Shown piece after piece: positions 1 through 12,416 of a stretch of 64,000 nt of DNA. Positions within the stretch are counted from its first letter, which is position 1. Each line of letters starts with the position of its first letter. Source of the DNA: Bacteroidales bacterium (GTDB taxonomy: Bacteria; Bacteroidota; Bacteroidia; Bacteroidales; UBA4417); NCBI GenBank assembly GCA_016707705.1, contig JADJHD010000020.1, forward strand, positions 8,918 to 72,917, in the 5' to 3' direction. The notes under the pieces were generated by a model. That model saw only the letters and a list, made by a program, of their open reading frames with translations, was not told the origin of the DNA and did not search any database. The translations under genes were made by a program, and so were the position numbers.

Positions 1-2223
1 TACCTGTGCTTTGCATGCCCCTCCGGTTCGTATGTAATGGAACGTGCACCTGCAGCCAGATCAAGATCCAAAACCGGATACCAACCCGCATAATTGAAAC
101 TTGCCTTAAATTGTCCGGTATTTCCTGAAAAATCCCAATCATAACCAAGAATGGTTGTTGCCGTACTTAAGTCGTTCTGTGACATGAATGACAGTCCGGC
201 ACCAGTTTCTGACAAGGGGTAATTAAAGTAAACCGGCGCCCAGCTATGGAAGCTGAATAAATGCGAAGATTTTCTGTAAGGCTTCGATTCATAAACTTTG
301 GTAGGCACAGACAATGAATCCAGCAAACCGGTTTCATCTTTAATTAAGTCTTTATATAGTCCAATTGAATTGTCACTAACATTTGAAACCGGAGTCCATT
401 GGGCTGGGTCAAAATCTGCTTCAACTATCCTGTATCCGAGGGAGTTATAATCAGAATACACAATCTTTCCAAGACTGGGATTAAAATCGGCGTTGCAGGC
501 CCCGAATGGTGCTGAGGTTACCTTATATAAATTTTTGGTGGTGGTATCGATGGAATAAACATTCTCAATACCAGAGTAAGGGCCATTGAACAGGATGTAT
601 TTGCCGGCATATGTTGGATTGGATATTTCAGCAAATGAAGGTTCCAGCATACAGGTATTTACCCGATCAGATATCGAGTACTGATAAATTCCTTTCCCGT
701 TTTTGCTGAGCTGCATGTAGATAAAATGATCTCCATCAGAAGACCATACCGGATTAATGTGAACGTCGGTCGGGGAAGACATAAGCGTTTCCAATTCATC
801 GCCAGTTTGTAAATCGAGCAATACCAATGATGAAACACTTTCAATACTTACTTTCACAGCCAGCAGTTTTGAACCATCCGGAGATATTGAAGGGGAAAAG
901 TACCGCGACTTGCTGGTCAGCCGGCGGATTTCACCAGTTTTGAAATCATAAATCCTTATTACTGAATAGTTTCTGTTTTGCCAGCGGGGATCGGTTTCAC
1001 GTTCGGTCCAGGCCATCAGTCCTTTACAAATCGACAGATTATCTGCGCTAAAGGCTCCGGGCTTGTTTCCTGATGAAAATGCCCCTGTTCCTATATTGAT
1101 AGAAAACACATCAGAGGAATAAAAGCCGGGGGGTACAGAGCACCTTCTCATTGCCAACATGGTCAAGAATAACAAAACGACTGATATCATCCAGACCAGA
1201 ACGTTCGGCAATAATCATGGAGTCGTTGGCGTAATGCGGATACTTGTATCTTCTGTATTCGCCGGATTCCTGAATTGTAACTGGTTTGTACGCTGTAAAA
1301 CTTTCTTTTGCGGCTTGTTGCTTCCACAAGCTATCGAGGGTCTTATAGATGTTTTTATAGAGCCCGGTTTTATTCATTCCTGTTGTTTGCTTTAATCCAA
1401 AATTCAGAGGAGTAATGGTAAACGGATATCTGGCAACATAGTCCATGGTTTTAATCCACTGCCTGTACCCATACTGTGATCTTGCCATGGCAACCAGTGG
1501 ATATCCAAAGGCATACTGGTCAGGCATATAATCCCGGTATGAACCAAAGACAGCCTTATCATAAGAGAAGAGCCCTTTTTCCATAATCTGAGCCCTGATT
1601 TCCATTTCGAAGGAAGGGATTCTGCCCCGTCCGGAATGGCTTAATGCAGTCTCAGCACAAACAGCATCACCTTCCATAAACCACATCGGGACAAAAAGAC
1701 CTGTAACTGCTGCTGTTGCCTGCTCGCCGACAATCCAAGTCATTGCGCGAGTGAATCCACGATTCATCATATCCATCTGCACCACGTGACGATATTCATG
1801 AATGGCAAGTTGCTCAAGCCAATCCTGGGCATAGGTATTTTGAGGGGGGCAGGTGTAGAGCTCAATTCTTTTGGGAGCCCAAAGAGTGAATGCATTGGGA
1901 ACAATATCCCGGTTATGAACAATGAGAGGAACCTTCGAAGGCTTGCAGCCCAGAGTGTGTGTACCGTGATCGTAAACGTAGGTGAACAGATTTATCAGCC
2001 TTTGGGCGTTACCCTCAAAGTCGGCAGGATAAATTAATTTAAAATGCTCTGTATTGATTTGGCGCCACCTGATATTGGAAGGATCCTGACCAAGATTATA
2101 ATATTGGGCACTTGAAAAAAAGAAGCAGCCCAAAAAGGCTACCAGAAGAAATATACGAAATGGAAAATGAGATATTGAATTCGATTTCCTGCACATAAAA
2201 TTTTGGCTGAATGATTCAACCAA
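1..2223 (-). pseudogene. Secreted HExxH (zinc-metalloprotease-like) protein joined to a TolB-like PD40 beta-propeller region. The frame is broken by a 1-nt shift at the G6 run 1128-1133. The 3' end runs off the window start.
   Basis: ORF 1111..2223 has a hydrophobic N-terminus and a HEYRH motif, and stops at 1111. My manual minus-strand translation from about 1133 down to base 1 in the adjacent frame has no stop (PPGFYSSDVFSINIGTGAFSSGNKPG ... SPSISPDGSKLLAV ... NPVWSSDGDHFIYM ...). That stretch shows PD40-type repeats. Confidence 0.6.
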
Positions 2224-2311
2224 AATTACCTAAAAAACTTATGCCTGATTAAATTTCAAGGGTGGCGTACAAGGAAAATAATTCAGTGAGTGTATTACTG
2301 TCAGGAATATT

Positions 2312-2716
2312 TTAGACCAGATTGAACTGATAGAACAGTGCATTAAACTCTTCGAAACTGAAGGGCTTCTGCGCATAACCGTCTACACCTGCCTCAATGC
2401 ATTCCTCCTTGTTAGGATTAGTGGTAATGGCAATGATTGTGGTATGACCGGCCTTTCTGTAATCCTCCTCAATTTTACGAATTTCCTTCACTGCCTGAAG
2501 ACCATCCATTTCCGGCATCTGAATATCCATGATGATGAGATCATACTGTTTATTTTGAAACATCATAATTGCCTCATGTCCATTTTTGGCGACTTCAACC
2601 TCATGGCCTATTCGCCTCAAATAAAAGGAGGTAATTTTTTCAATCATCTCATCATCTTCTGCTAGCAGAATATTTAACTTTTTCATACTGTCAGGCATAT
2701 ATTTTTCAAGTTTCAT
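2312..2716 (-). CDS. Single-domain response regulator (CheY-like receiver)
   Basis: Receiver motifs are present: LLAEDDE, IIMDIQMPEMDG, AITT, AQKPF. The listed 2821 start overlaps the upstream gene. In-frame ATGs at 2716, 2698 and 2686 are more plausible starts. Confidence 0.8.
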   Translation of the reverse strand: MKLEKYMPDSMKKLNILLAEDDEMIEKITSFYLRRIGHEVEVAKNGHEAIMMFQNKQYDLIIMDIQMPEMDGLQAVKEIRKIEEDYRKAGHTTIIAITTNPNKEECIEAGVDGYAQKPFSFEEFNALFYQFNLV

Positions 2717-2741
2717 TAGTTTTTCCTGGATGTTGGGCTGG

Positions 2742-4877
2742 TTAGTCGACGTAGATTTTGTGAGCATAACAAGTGTTTTTGGCAGATACTTTAACAACAT
2801 AAATTCCATGATTTCCTTCAAAAGGAATCATCAATCCTGAGTTGATGTAGCCATTGGTAAGAACTACCTGACGGCCATCAATCCCAATAACCTCTACCTG
2901 GCATTCCTGTTCAGTGTTTCCTGTGATGCTTATCATTCCTTCAACAACCTTTATTGAAGGCTTGTTAAGGTTGATTTCATCTGTTCCGGCAATTATATCG
3001 AAATGAAGAACAAAACGACTTGGATCTGCTGAAACTGAGTTCTGGAAAGTATAAACTGAATCGGAGCGAAGATCAATAACATTTCCAGTAAGCTTATCCT
3101 CAAGGAAGAGAGGGTACCTGAATCCGAACTGATTGGCACCTTCAACACTAAGTTTGAGCTGGGATTCATTATTGAAACTGATTCCGATTGGAATATCAAG
3201 GGAAGATGAAAGAGAAGGCATTGTATTTACTGCCATTTTAACTCCATCCTGTTCTTCTGTATAGATTGAAGGAGCATTTCCTGTTCCTTCCATTTTAACA
3301 GCGTCAAAATCGTCATCGAAGGAGAATGTAGAAGCAGCGTCAAACCTGATAACTGACTCATCAGTGAAACCTGCTCCTTCCAGTTTGAACTTCAGTGCAG
3401 TATTTTGCAGGGAAGCAACCGGGTTCTCAGTCTGGGTAGCAATGGCATTCCTGTTAACCTTAACAACTCCTGATTGACGAGCTTTCACGAAAAAGCCCTG
3501 CATTGGAGCAATAAAGCGGCTGCCATTATTAATTGAAATATCTTCAGATCCAGGCAGATAAACAGAATAGTTTCCTGAACCTGCAGGATCCGGATAGTAG
3601 ATAGCCTTCGAGATTGAACTCCTTTGCCATGCCATTCCGGAAGCATCTTCAGCTTTCCAGTCAATATAGCATGTGTAAGGATTGCCGATCAGGTTCCAGC
3701 CCTCATTAAGTGATGTAATGGATTGAGAGACTTCGCCTGTATTTGGAGTACCTTCAAAAACGCGGGTATCATTATAAGGAGAATACAACTCATAACCTTT
3801 CATGCTTCCCAGTGAAACATTGGTTGGAACAATATATTCACCCCAGTTTGACTGAGCTTCGTCAAAGGCGCGGAGATACATATTGATGAATACTCCTGAC
3901 TGAGCTTCAGCAACAGGAGAAGCAACAAAAACTTTCTGATCCTTTTGAACAGCAATTTCTGATTTGATTTTTCCAATGACTTCACCCAATACTATAAGTG
4001 AACAACGCTGGGTACTGGTATTGATAACATGAAGATCAGCAGATTCTTCAATTTCAAGATTCCTGTCAATTGAAAGCATCCCTCCATTGGTAAGAGTTAA
4101 TTTGCTGTCAGGACTCAAGAGAACTGAGTGTGCAAATGCTTGTTCTTCAATTATTGGAGAATTAGCTACTGCAAGTATTGAAATATTGTCAAGTGAAGTT
4201 GGCACTATGTTCAATGACCAGTTTCCAGCTTCGTTCCATTTGTAATCAACAGCACCTGTCCAGTTATTTACTGAAAGATATGAATTAACAGGGAGGCTGC
4301 CGGCTGCCATGTTTACAATCATGCCAACTCCGGAATAATACTGTGAGCGGATGCTTCCTTCGCCGATAACCTGTGCAGTATTGACTCCAGCATCAGCCCT
4401 GTAAGTTCCCTGAACAATTAACTTTCCGTAAACTGACATTGCTATCTGGGAATTAGCTACCAAATCTCCGGAAACTATAAGATTACTTCCTGATAAAATT
4501 TCAAGTGAAGATGATTCATTAAATTCCAGCTGGCCTACCTGAACTGATCCTGAAATCTGCATGGAAGAGCTACCAAGACCTTTAATAGAGAATGAATGTC
4601 CCTTTAACTGACTTCCTGCAGAAACAATTAACTGTCCATTGCCAGCTAACTGGAAATTGGTATTAAGTATAACGTTGCTTTCAACTATAATGGTGTCATT
4701 CGACTGGGGGATAAAACCACATGAACTGCCACCGGATGCTCTTGACCAGGAAGAAGCGGAATTCCATGGAATATTGTTACCAATAGAAAATAACTTCACT
4801 CCTTCCCTTCCAAAAGCAACAGAAACTGCAGCCAGAAGGAGACATGTGATAGTAATATTTCTCAGGTAAGTGTTCAT
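2742..4877 (-). CDS. Large secreted surface protein with a T9SS C-terminal sorting domain
   Basis: Has an N-terminal signal peptide and a beta-rich Ser/Gly/Asn-rich body. The C-terminal ~80 aa have the Por-secretion-tail pattern (…GIYVVKVSAKNTCYAHKIYVD). Confidence 0.7.
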   Translation of the reverse strand: MNTYLRNITITCLLLAAVSVAFGREGVKLFSIGNNIPWNSASSWSRASGGSSCGFIPQSNDTIIVESNVILNTNFQLAGNGQLIVSAGSQLKGHSFSIKGLGSSSMQISGSVQVGQLEFNESSSLEILSGSNLIVSGDLVANSQIAMSVYGKLIVQGTYRADAGVNTAQVIGEGSIRSQYYSGVGMIVNMAAGSLPVNSYLSVNNWTGAVDYKWNEAGNWSLNIVPTSLDNISILAVANSPIIEEQAFAHSVLLSPDSKLTLTNGGMLSIDRNLEIEESADLHVINTSTQRCSLIVLGEVIGKIKSEIAVQKDQKVFVASPVAEAQSGVFINMYLRAFDEAQSNWGEYIVPTNVSLGSMKGYELYSPYNDTRVFEGTPNTGEVSQSITSLNEGWNLIGNPYTCYIDWKAEDASGMAWQRSSISKAIYYPDPAGSGNYSVYLPGSEDISINNGSRFIAPMQGFFVKARQSGVVKVNRNAIATQTENPVASLQNTALKFKLEGAGFTDESVIRFDAASTFSFDDDFDAVKMEGTGNAPSIYTEEQDGVKMAVNTMPSLSSSLDIPIGISFNNESQLKLSVEGANQFGFRYPLFLEDKLTGNVIDLRSDSVYTFQNSVSADPSRFVLHFDIIAGTDEINLNKPSIKVVEGMISITGNTEQECQVEVIGIDGRQVVLTNGYINSGLMIPFEGNHGIYVVKVSAKNTCYAHKIYVD

Positions 4878-5316
4878 TATTGACTTTAAGTTGTGTGCGC
4901 GTTCTGATTTGGGAAATAATAATTCTTTAACCTTTAATTCATTCAGATTTTAATCATCTGATATCTAACCTTTTGTATCTGTGTATTTCCGTATGCTTCT
5001 TCTTTGGCCTATCCTATGAATCAGCATGCCAGAATAAAAACAAAATATATGCCCCAAATAGCTTATAATTGATTATCAATGCATTAAAACACCTGAGTAG
5101 AATACTGATCAGATTAATTTGTCCGTTTTTGGGAATGAATACAACAATAATATCAAAAATGGAACAGTTTTTCTAGAATTGGAAAATCCGGCCAAAGCCT
5201 TCAAATAGCAGAATACCTTTCAACGGTCTGATGTTGACAAAATAAAGGCCATGAAATTTTTCAGAAAACTAACTCAGGGAGAGAAAACCGCTTCTGCTAT
5301 TCGCCATTAATTGGCA

Positions 5317-6036
5317 TTAAATGGATGCGAAATGGTTCCAGACAGCATCATTTGGCGGAGTCGCAATGACACTGACTGGCTCCTTACGAACAGGATGAAT
5401 AAAGTCGATTTGTCTGGCATGCAGGTGAATTGAGCCATCTGCATTGGAACGTGCAAAACCGTATTTGAGGTCTCCCTTGATAGGGCAGCCCATGCCCGCA
5501 AGTTGCGCCCTGATCTGATGATGGCGGCCAGTTTTGAGATCAACCTCAAGCAAATAGTAATTATCGCTTTTTGCAAGAAGTTTATAGGACAATTCAGCTA
5601 ACTGAGCATTTCCGGTTTTAGTCCGGACCACAAAAGACTTGTTTTTTGCTTCATCACGGCGAAGGTAATCAATCAATGTACCTTCAGGAGAAGGAGGTGG
5701 ATTCTTGACAACGGCCCAGTATTTTTTCTGCCATTCATGCTGCTTGAGCATCTCGTTAAGACGAGAGAGTGCCTTGCTTGTTTTAGCAAACATTATCGCC
5801 CCGCTGACGGGTCTGTCGAGCCTGTGCACAACGCCTATAAATGCGTCCCCCGGCTTATTCCAGCGAAGCCGCAAATATTCAGCAACCAGTTCCGACAATG
5901 GCCTGTCACCGGTTTTATCGCCCTGCACAATTTGCGAAGGCAACTTATTAATTACAATAATATGATTGTCCTCATAAAGGATTTGCGAAGCAACAGGCAG
6001 TGCTGTATAATCCTGATCAGTATTGCTCACGCTCAT
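5317..6036 (-). CDS. RluA-family pseudouridine synthase
   Basis: Catalytic motif [16 protein letters not shown] and [11 protein letters not shown] are present; 239 aa; ATG start. Confidence 0.85.
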   Translation of the reverse strand: MSVSNTDQDYTALPVASQILYEDNHIIVINKLPSQIVQGDKTGDRPLSELVAEYLRLRWNKPGDAFIGVVHRLDRPVSGAIMFAKTSKALSRLNEMLKQHEWQKKYWAVVKNPPPSPEGTLIDYLRRDEAKNKSFVVRTKTGNAQLAELSYKLLAKSDNYYLLEVDLKTGRHHQIRAQLAGMGCPIKGDLKYGFARSNADGSIHLHARQIDFIHPVRKEPVSVIATPPNDAVWNHFASI

Positions 6037-6829
6037 TGGGGAACTCTAAACTCTTGACATCAGAAATATATCTTTCTACCGAATCAATAATTTCTTCACT
6101 CAAATCAAGATACCTTCTGAGGAATCTGGGTGAGAATTCAGTGGTAATGCCAAGCATATCATGCAATACCAGCACCTGTCCATCCACCTTGGCCCCCGCT
6201 CCTATTCCAATGATAGGGATTCTGGCATTTTTTGCAACTTCTTCTCCCAGTTTGGCGGGTATTTTCTCCAGAACAAGGCTGAAGCAGCCAGCCTTCTCCA
6301 ACAATAAGGAATCTTCAACAAGTTTCTTGGCTTCTGCCTCCTGTGTTGCCCTAACCACATAGGTACCGAACTTATGAATTGACTGCGGAGTCAATCCAAG
6401 ATGGCCCATTACCGGGATTCCGGCTGAAAGTATGCGTTCAACAGATTCAATAACTTCTACCCCACCCTCAAGTTTAACGGCATCGGCTCCTGACTCTTTC
6501 ATAATCCTGATTGCAGACTGAAGTGCTTCCTTCCAGTTCCCCTGATAGGTACCAAAGGGCATATCAACAACTACCAAAGCCCTGCTGACACCCCTGACTA
6601 CCGAAGAAGCATGATAAATCATCTGGTCCAGGGTAATCGGTAAGGTACTGGTATGGCCAGCCATTACATTGGATGCCGAATCACCAACAAGGATTACATC
6701 AATTCCGGCCCTGTCGAGAAGGCGGGCCATTGAAAAATCATAAGCTGTGAGCATGGCAATTTTTACACCCTTCAGCTTCATTTCCTGCAAAACATGCGTC
6801 GTTACTTTTGTCACAGTTCCGGTTTTCAT
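6017..6829 (-). CDS. panB: 3-methyl-2-oxobutanoate hydroxymethyltransferase
   Basis: Collinear with PanB from [34 protein letters not shown] through GIGAG. The listed start at 6859 is TTG; the ATG at 6829 gives a typical length. Confidence 0.88.
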   Translation of the reverse strand: MKTGTVTKVTTHVLQEMKLKGVKIAMLTAYDFSMARLLDRAGIDVILVGDSASNVMAGHTSTLPITLDQMIYHASSVVRGVSRALVVVDMPFGTYQGNWKEALQSAIRIMKESGADAVKLEGGVEVIESVERILSAGIPVMGHLGLTPQSIHKFGTYVVRATQEAEAKKLVEDSLLLEKAGCFSLVLEKIPAKLGEEVAKNARIPIIGIGAGAKVDGQVLVLHDMLGITTEFSPRFLRRYLDLSEEIIDSVERYISDVKSLEFPNEREQY

Positions 6830-7088
6830 GAAAGTTAGTTTAGTGAACACTGTTCTCAAAGCCTTTCAGTTTCCTGATAAACAATTTGAAGACTGTTCCT
6901 TTGGGACAACAAAACTACGAAGAATTGTCAGGGAGTGCTAAAATAAACCTTGATAATACGGGACGCAGCACAAAATATGGCTATTTTTGCAGATGCAATG
7001 ATTTCATTGATAAGCCTGTCAACTTTGATTCCAGCATTCAATGAAGGCAAATTCTTCACAAAACCATTCTGACAAGAATACTATTATA

Positions 7089-8093
7089 ATGAAAAGAATT
7101 CCGCTCATTTTCCTTTTACTGCCAGCCCTTATCCTGTTATTCAATGCCTGTAAAACAGATTTTGATGTAACATCTGACTATAAGGAGATAGCAATCGTCT
7201 ATGGAGTGTTGAATCAGAAGGACAATGTTCATTACCTGAGAGTAAACAAGGCTTTTCTGGGACAGGGCAATGCTGTGATTTATTCCCAGATACCGGATTC
7301 AAGTTCTTATGGCAATGATATTGAAGTGTTTATCAACGAATTAAAAGGCACTCAGCTCATCCGGAAAATATTCTTCGATACTGTAACCATTCATGATAAG
7401 GATACAGGTTTCTTTTATTTCCCTGACCAGCTCATGTACAAGGCATCAGCAACACTCGATTCAAGCATGAATTATGAAATGAAGGTTGTGAATAAGAAAA
7501 CCGGATATGAAGTGAGTTCAATTACAAATCTTATTTCAGGAATAAGGATTGTAAAGCCTATCTCCGGGTCTAAATTCATTGACTTCAAACGTTCGCTCAC
7601 AAATACACAGTCTTTTGAATGGGAATCTGCAAAAAATGGAAGAAGATATCAGCCAACGCTAAGATTCTATTTCTTTGAAGTCGGACAAAACTATGACACT
7701 ACCTCCCGTTATATTGACTGGGAATTATCGGCTTATAAAACTGAAAGGTTAACCGGTGGTGAGAAAATGTTCTTTTACTATCAGAATGAAGAGTTTTTCA
7801 GGCTCTGTGAAACCAAGATTCCATACACTGATACAGAAAAGGAAAACAACCTTGGAAGGGTTGTTGACCACTTTGAATTATTTCTCACTGCAGTAGGTGA
7901 TGAATATTCTACCTATCTGGATGTAAACGGTCCATCAACAGGGCTGCTGCTTGAAAAACCCAACTATTCAAATATCAACAATGGCATTGGCATGTTTTCG
8001 TGCAGATATACATGGGTAAAAAGCTATAAAGTTGGAGAGAATGCAAAAACTGACCTCCAGAGCAAAACCAATCTGCATTTCGTTGTGAACTAA
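7089..8093 (+). CDS. Hypothetical lipoprotein
   Basis: MKRIPLIFLLLPALILLFNAC is a lipoprotein signal with a lipobox Cys. I recognise no catalytic motif. Confidence 0.6.
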   Translation: MKRIPLIFLLLPALILLFNACKTDFDVTSDYKEIAIVYGVLNQKDNVHYLRVNKAFLGQGNAVIYSQIPDSSSYGNDIEVFINELKGTQLIRKIFFDTVTIHDKDTGFFYFPDQLMYKASATLDSSMNYEMKVVNKKTGYEVSSITNLISGIRIVKPISGSKFIDFKRSLTNTQSFEWESAKNGRRYQPTLRFYFFEVGQNYDTTSRYIDWELSAYKTERLTGGEKMFFYYQNEEFFRLCETKIPYTDTEKENNLGRVVDHFELFLTAVGDEYSTYLDVNGPSTGLLLEKPNYSNINNGIGMFSCRYTWVKSYKVGENAKTDLQSKTNLHFVVN

Positions 8094-8317
8094 GCCAGCC
8101 CTGACACATTAGTCTTTCTGGCGAGTTACAAATTTCTGCCGTTTTGTCACAATTTTTCTTTAATAAATGCTTTATTGTCTGACAATGGACAAAAGCATAA
8201 CTTATATACATTATCATTTTTATACTATTGATATTCAGCTATTTAAAATACATAATTATGAATAATCCATTCAATTTCCGATAGTATTCTGTCCAGGGAA
8301 TTCTTAAAAAATAATAT

Positions 8318-8332
8318 TGGCACAATGCTTGA
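8318..8332 (+). promoter_or_regulatory. Sigma-54-like -24/-12 element TGGCAC-N5-TTGA upstream of dnaK
   Basis: Sequence is TGGCACAATGCTTGA. The GG to -12 G spacing is exactly 12 nt, as in the TGGCACG-N4-TTGC consensus. The -12 box reads GA instead of GC. It lies 59 nt upstream of the dnaK ATG. Confidence 0.3.
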
Positions 8333-8351
8333 CAAACAGAGCCTGTCATAG

Positions 8352-10299
<1,948 letters not shown>

Positions 10300-10346
10300 T
10301 CTGAACCCTGATTTTAGAATCAGTTCGCACTATACTTTAATGATTG

Positions 10347-10380
10347 AAAATGCGGCCTGAACAGGCCGCATTTTCTTTAT
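10347..10380 (+). terminator. Rho-independent terminator after dnaK
   Basis: 12-bp stem AAAATGCGGCCT / AGGCCGCATTTT with a GAAC loop and a T-rich tail. Confidence 0.8.
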
Positions 10381-10480
10381 ATTTTGTTGATAAATAAGTC
10401 TCTCAAAATGACTGAGCAGCAGTAATATTTGCAATATTTGCACCTCTCAAAATGAAACCCAAATTTTAACACAATACATC

Positions 10481-12307
10481 ATGAAAAAAATTCTACCATT
10501 ACTTTTCCTGTTTCTTGCCATCACTTGGGGCCGTAGTGTTTCAGCCCAGGCCTATTCATTTGTTGCAGGTCAGTTAACCTATACTGAAACCTTCGATGCA
10601 ATGGGCTCAGCTGGCACCAACTTCCTTCCGGGATGGACCGGAATTCGCTTTGCAGGTACCGGAACTGTCGGAGCTGTTCTGACCATGGCAGTAACCGATG
10701 GTTCTGCAACCTCCGGAAATGTTTACAATGTAGGAGCCAGCGCCTCCGAAGAACGCGCTTTTGGCACATTGGGATCAGGCACAACTGTTCCTCAGTTTGG
10801 AGCTTCATTCTTTAACAACACAGGTTCAGGCATCGTTCAGGTTAGCCTCACCGGAGTTATGGAGCAATGGCGTTCAGGCTCAAATGCTACTGCTAACGAA
10901 ACTGTTATTTTTGAATACAGTCTGGATGCAACTGATCTCACAACCGGCACCTGGGCTCCCCTTACCACCTTTGACCTTGTTGAAAAACTCACCGGATCAG
11001 CAACAGCTGCCGCAGTTGATGGAAACCTTACAGAAAACAAGACAGCCATCTCAGGCACAATTGCAAGCATCAGCTGGGCTCCGGGTGCAAGCATGTGGAT
11101 TCGCTGGACTGATGCCAATGACTTTGGCTCAGATGCTATCCTTGCCATTGATGATTTCAATATGACAGTTACCACTGGTACTGTAGTTACAAAACCTGAA
11201 CCAACCAATTATCCTACCGTTCTGAGTGGTCATGGTCCCGGATTGAACATTAATACTACATGGACTGATGCTACAGGGGCACAACTTCCTGATGGATATC
11301 TGGTTAAGATCTCCTCAACTGACAATATCACCACTCCTGTTGACGGAACCTACACAAATGACGAATTGGATCTGTCAGATGGCAAAGCCTCCAAGAATGT
11401 GCTGCAGGGAGTTCAGCAATACAGCTTCAACGGTTTATCAGAAGGAACCACCTATTACATTAAAATATTCCCTTACACCAATGGAGGATCATTGGTTGAT
11501 TACAAGACTGATGGCACTATCCCTTCAGTTTCTGCGAAAACACAGGTTATTCTCAATCGCCAGAATTTTGAAACCAGTCTTACCCCCTGGACTCAGTTCA
11601 GTTCTGCTGGTGAACAGACATGGGTAGTTGACAGTATTCATGGTATTGATGGCACCCGTTGCATTAAGATGACCGGATTTGTTGATACAACTTCAACCAT
11701 TGCCAATAATGACTGGCTGATTTCTCCCTCCATTTCAATCCCCGGCGGTAGTGAACCAGTTATTGAATTTGTTAGTGCAATGAAATTTGGTACCGGCATC
11801 GAAGGTATCGAGATCTTTGCATCCAACGATTATGAAGGTGGAGATCCTGAAACAAACGGTTCATGGACCGATTTGACTGATCAGGCTGTCTTCTCCGCAG
11901 GAAACTGGGCATGGCAAAATTCAGGCTTTGTAGATCTGTCAGCATTCACCGGAATCAATTTCCACATTGCCTTCAGGTACACCTGCGGCACAGCCAATGC
12001 ACCTACCTGGGAGCTTGACAATATTGTCCTGACCAATAATACTGGTGTAGGAATGAAGGAGAATACAATCAGCAGGAATACCAGCATTGGACCAAATCCT
12101 TGCAGCGACTGGTTTAGCATCCAGAGCAAGCAAACAAGCAACTGGAATGTAAATGTTTATAATGTAGTTGGCAAACTGGTTCTTTCAACCAAAGCAACTT
12201 CATCCGAACATATATCAGTATCAGGACTGTCCACAGGACTCTATTCTGTAATCCTTACCAATCCTGCAAATCATATTCAGGAAACGCATAAACTTATTGT
12301 TGAATAA
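10481..12307 (+). CDS. T9SS-sorted secreted protein with a choice-of-anchor-J-like domain
   Basis: Has a signal peptide. The NNDWLISPSISIPGG...IEIFASNDYEGG...WELDNIVLT block is typical of choice-of-anchor J. The C-terminal sorting domain reads NPCSDWFSIQS...GLYSVILTN...KLIVE. Confidence 0.7.
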   Translation: MKKILPLLFLFLAITWGRSVSAQAYSFVAGQLTYTETFDAMGSAGTNFLPGWTGIRFAGTGTVGAVLTMAVTDGSATSGNVYNVGASASEERAFGTLGSGTTVPQFGASFFNNTGSGIVQVSLTGVMEQWRSGSNATANETVIFEYSLDATDLTTGTWAPLTTFDLVEKLTGSATAAAVDGNLTENKTAISGTIASISWAPGASMWIRWTDANDFGSDAILAIDDFNMTVTTGTVVTKPEPTNYPTVLSGHGPGLNINTTWTDATGAQLPDGYLVKISSTDNITTPVDGTYTNDELDLSDGKASKNVLQGVQQYSFNGLSEGTTYYIKIFPYTNGGSLVDYKTDGTIPSVSAKTQVILNRQNFETSLTPWTQFSSAGEQTWVVDSIHGIDGTRCIKMTGFVDTTSTIANNDWLISPSISIPGGSEPVIEFVSAMKFGTGIEGIEIFASNDYEGGDPETNGSWTDLTDQAVFSAGNWAWQNSGFVDLSAFTGINFHIAFRYTCGTANAPTWELDNIVLTNNTGVGMKENTISRNTSIGPNPCSDWFSIQSKQTSNWNVNVYNVVGKLVLSTKATSSEHISVSGLSTGLYSVILTNPANHIQETHKLIVE

Positions 12308-12330
12308 TTTCAGCAACTAAATTCAGAAAG

Positions 12331-12357
12331 AGCAGCCCCTAAAGGCTGCTTTTTTTG
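12331..12357 (+). terminator. Rho-independent terminator
   Basis: AGCAGCC / GGCTGCT stem followed by T7. Confidence 0.7.
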
Positions 12358-12416
12358 TTTAATCATACTAATCCCTGCATTTAATTGTTATAATTTTGAA
12401 GTATCAAAGGCTCGTC

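Noticed and set aside
6978-6990. TGGCTATTTTTGC, which resembles a -24/-12 promoter
   Set aside because: The GG to GC spacing is 10 nt instead of 12, which is incompatible with sigma-54 geometry.
10521-11208. Several 60-134-aa ORFs in alternative frames on both strands
   Set aside because: All are nested in the 608-aa T9SS cargo gene. They arise from its Ala/Gly/Thr-rich codon usage, and none has a motif or a plausible start context.
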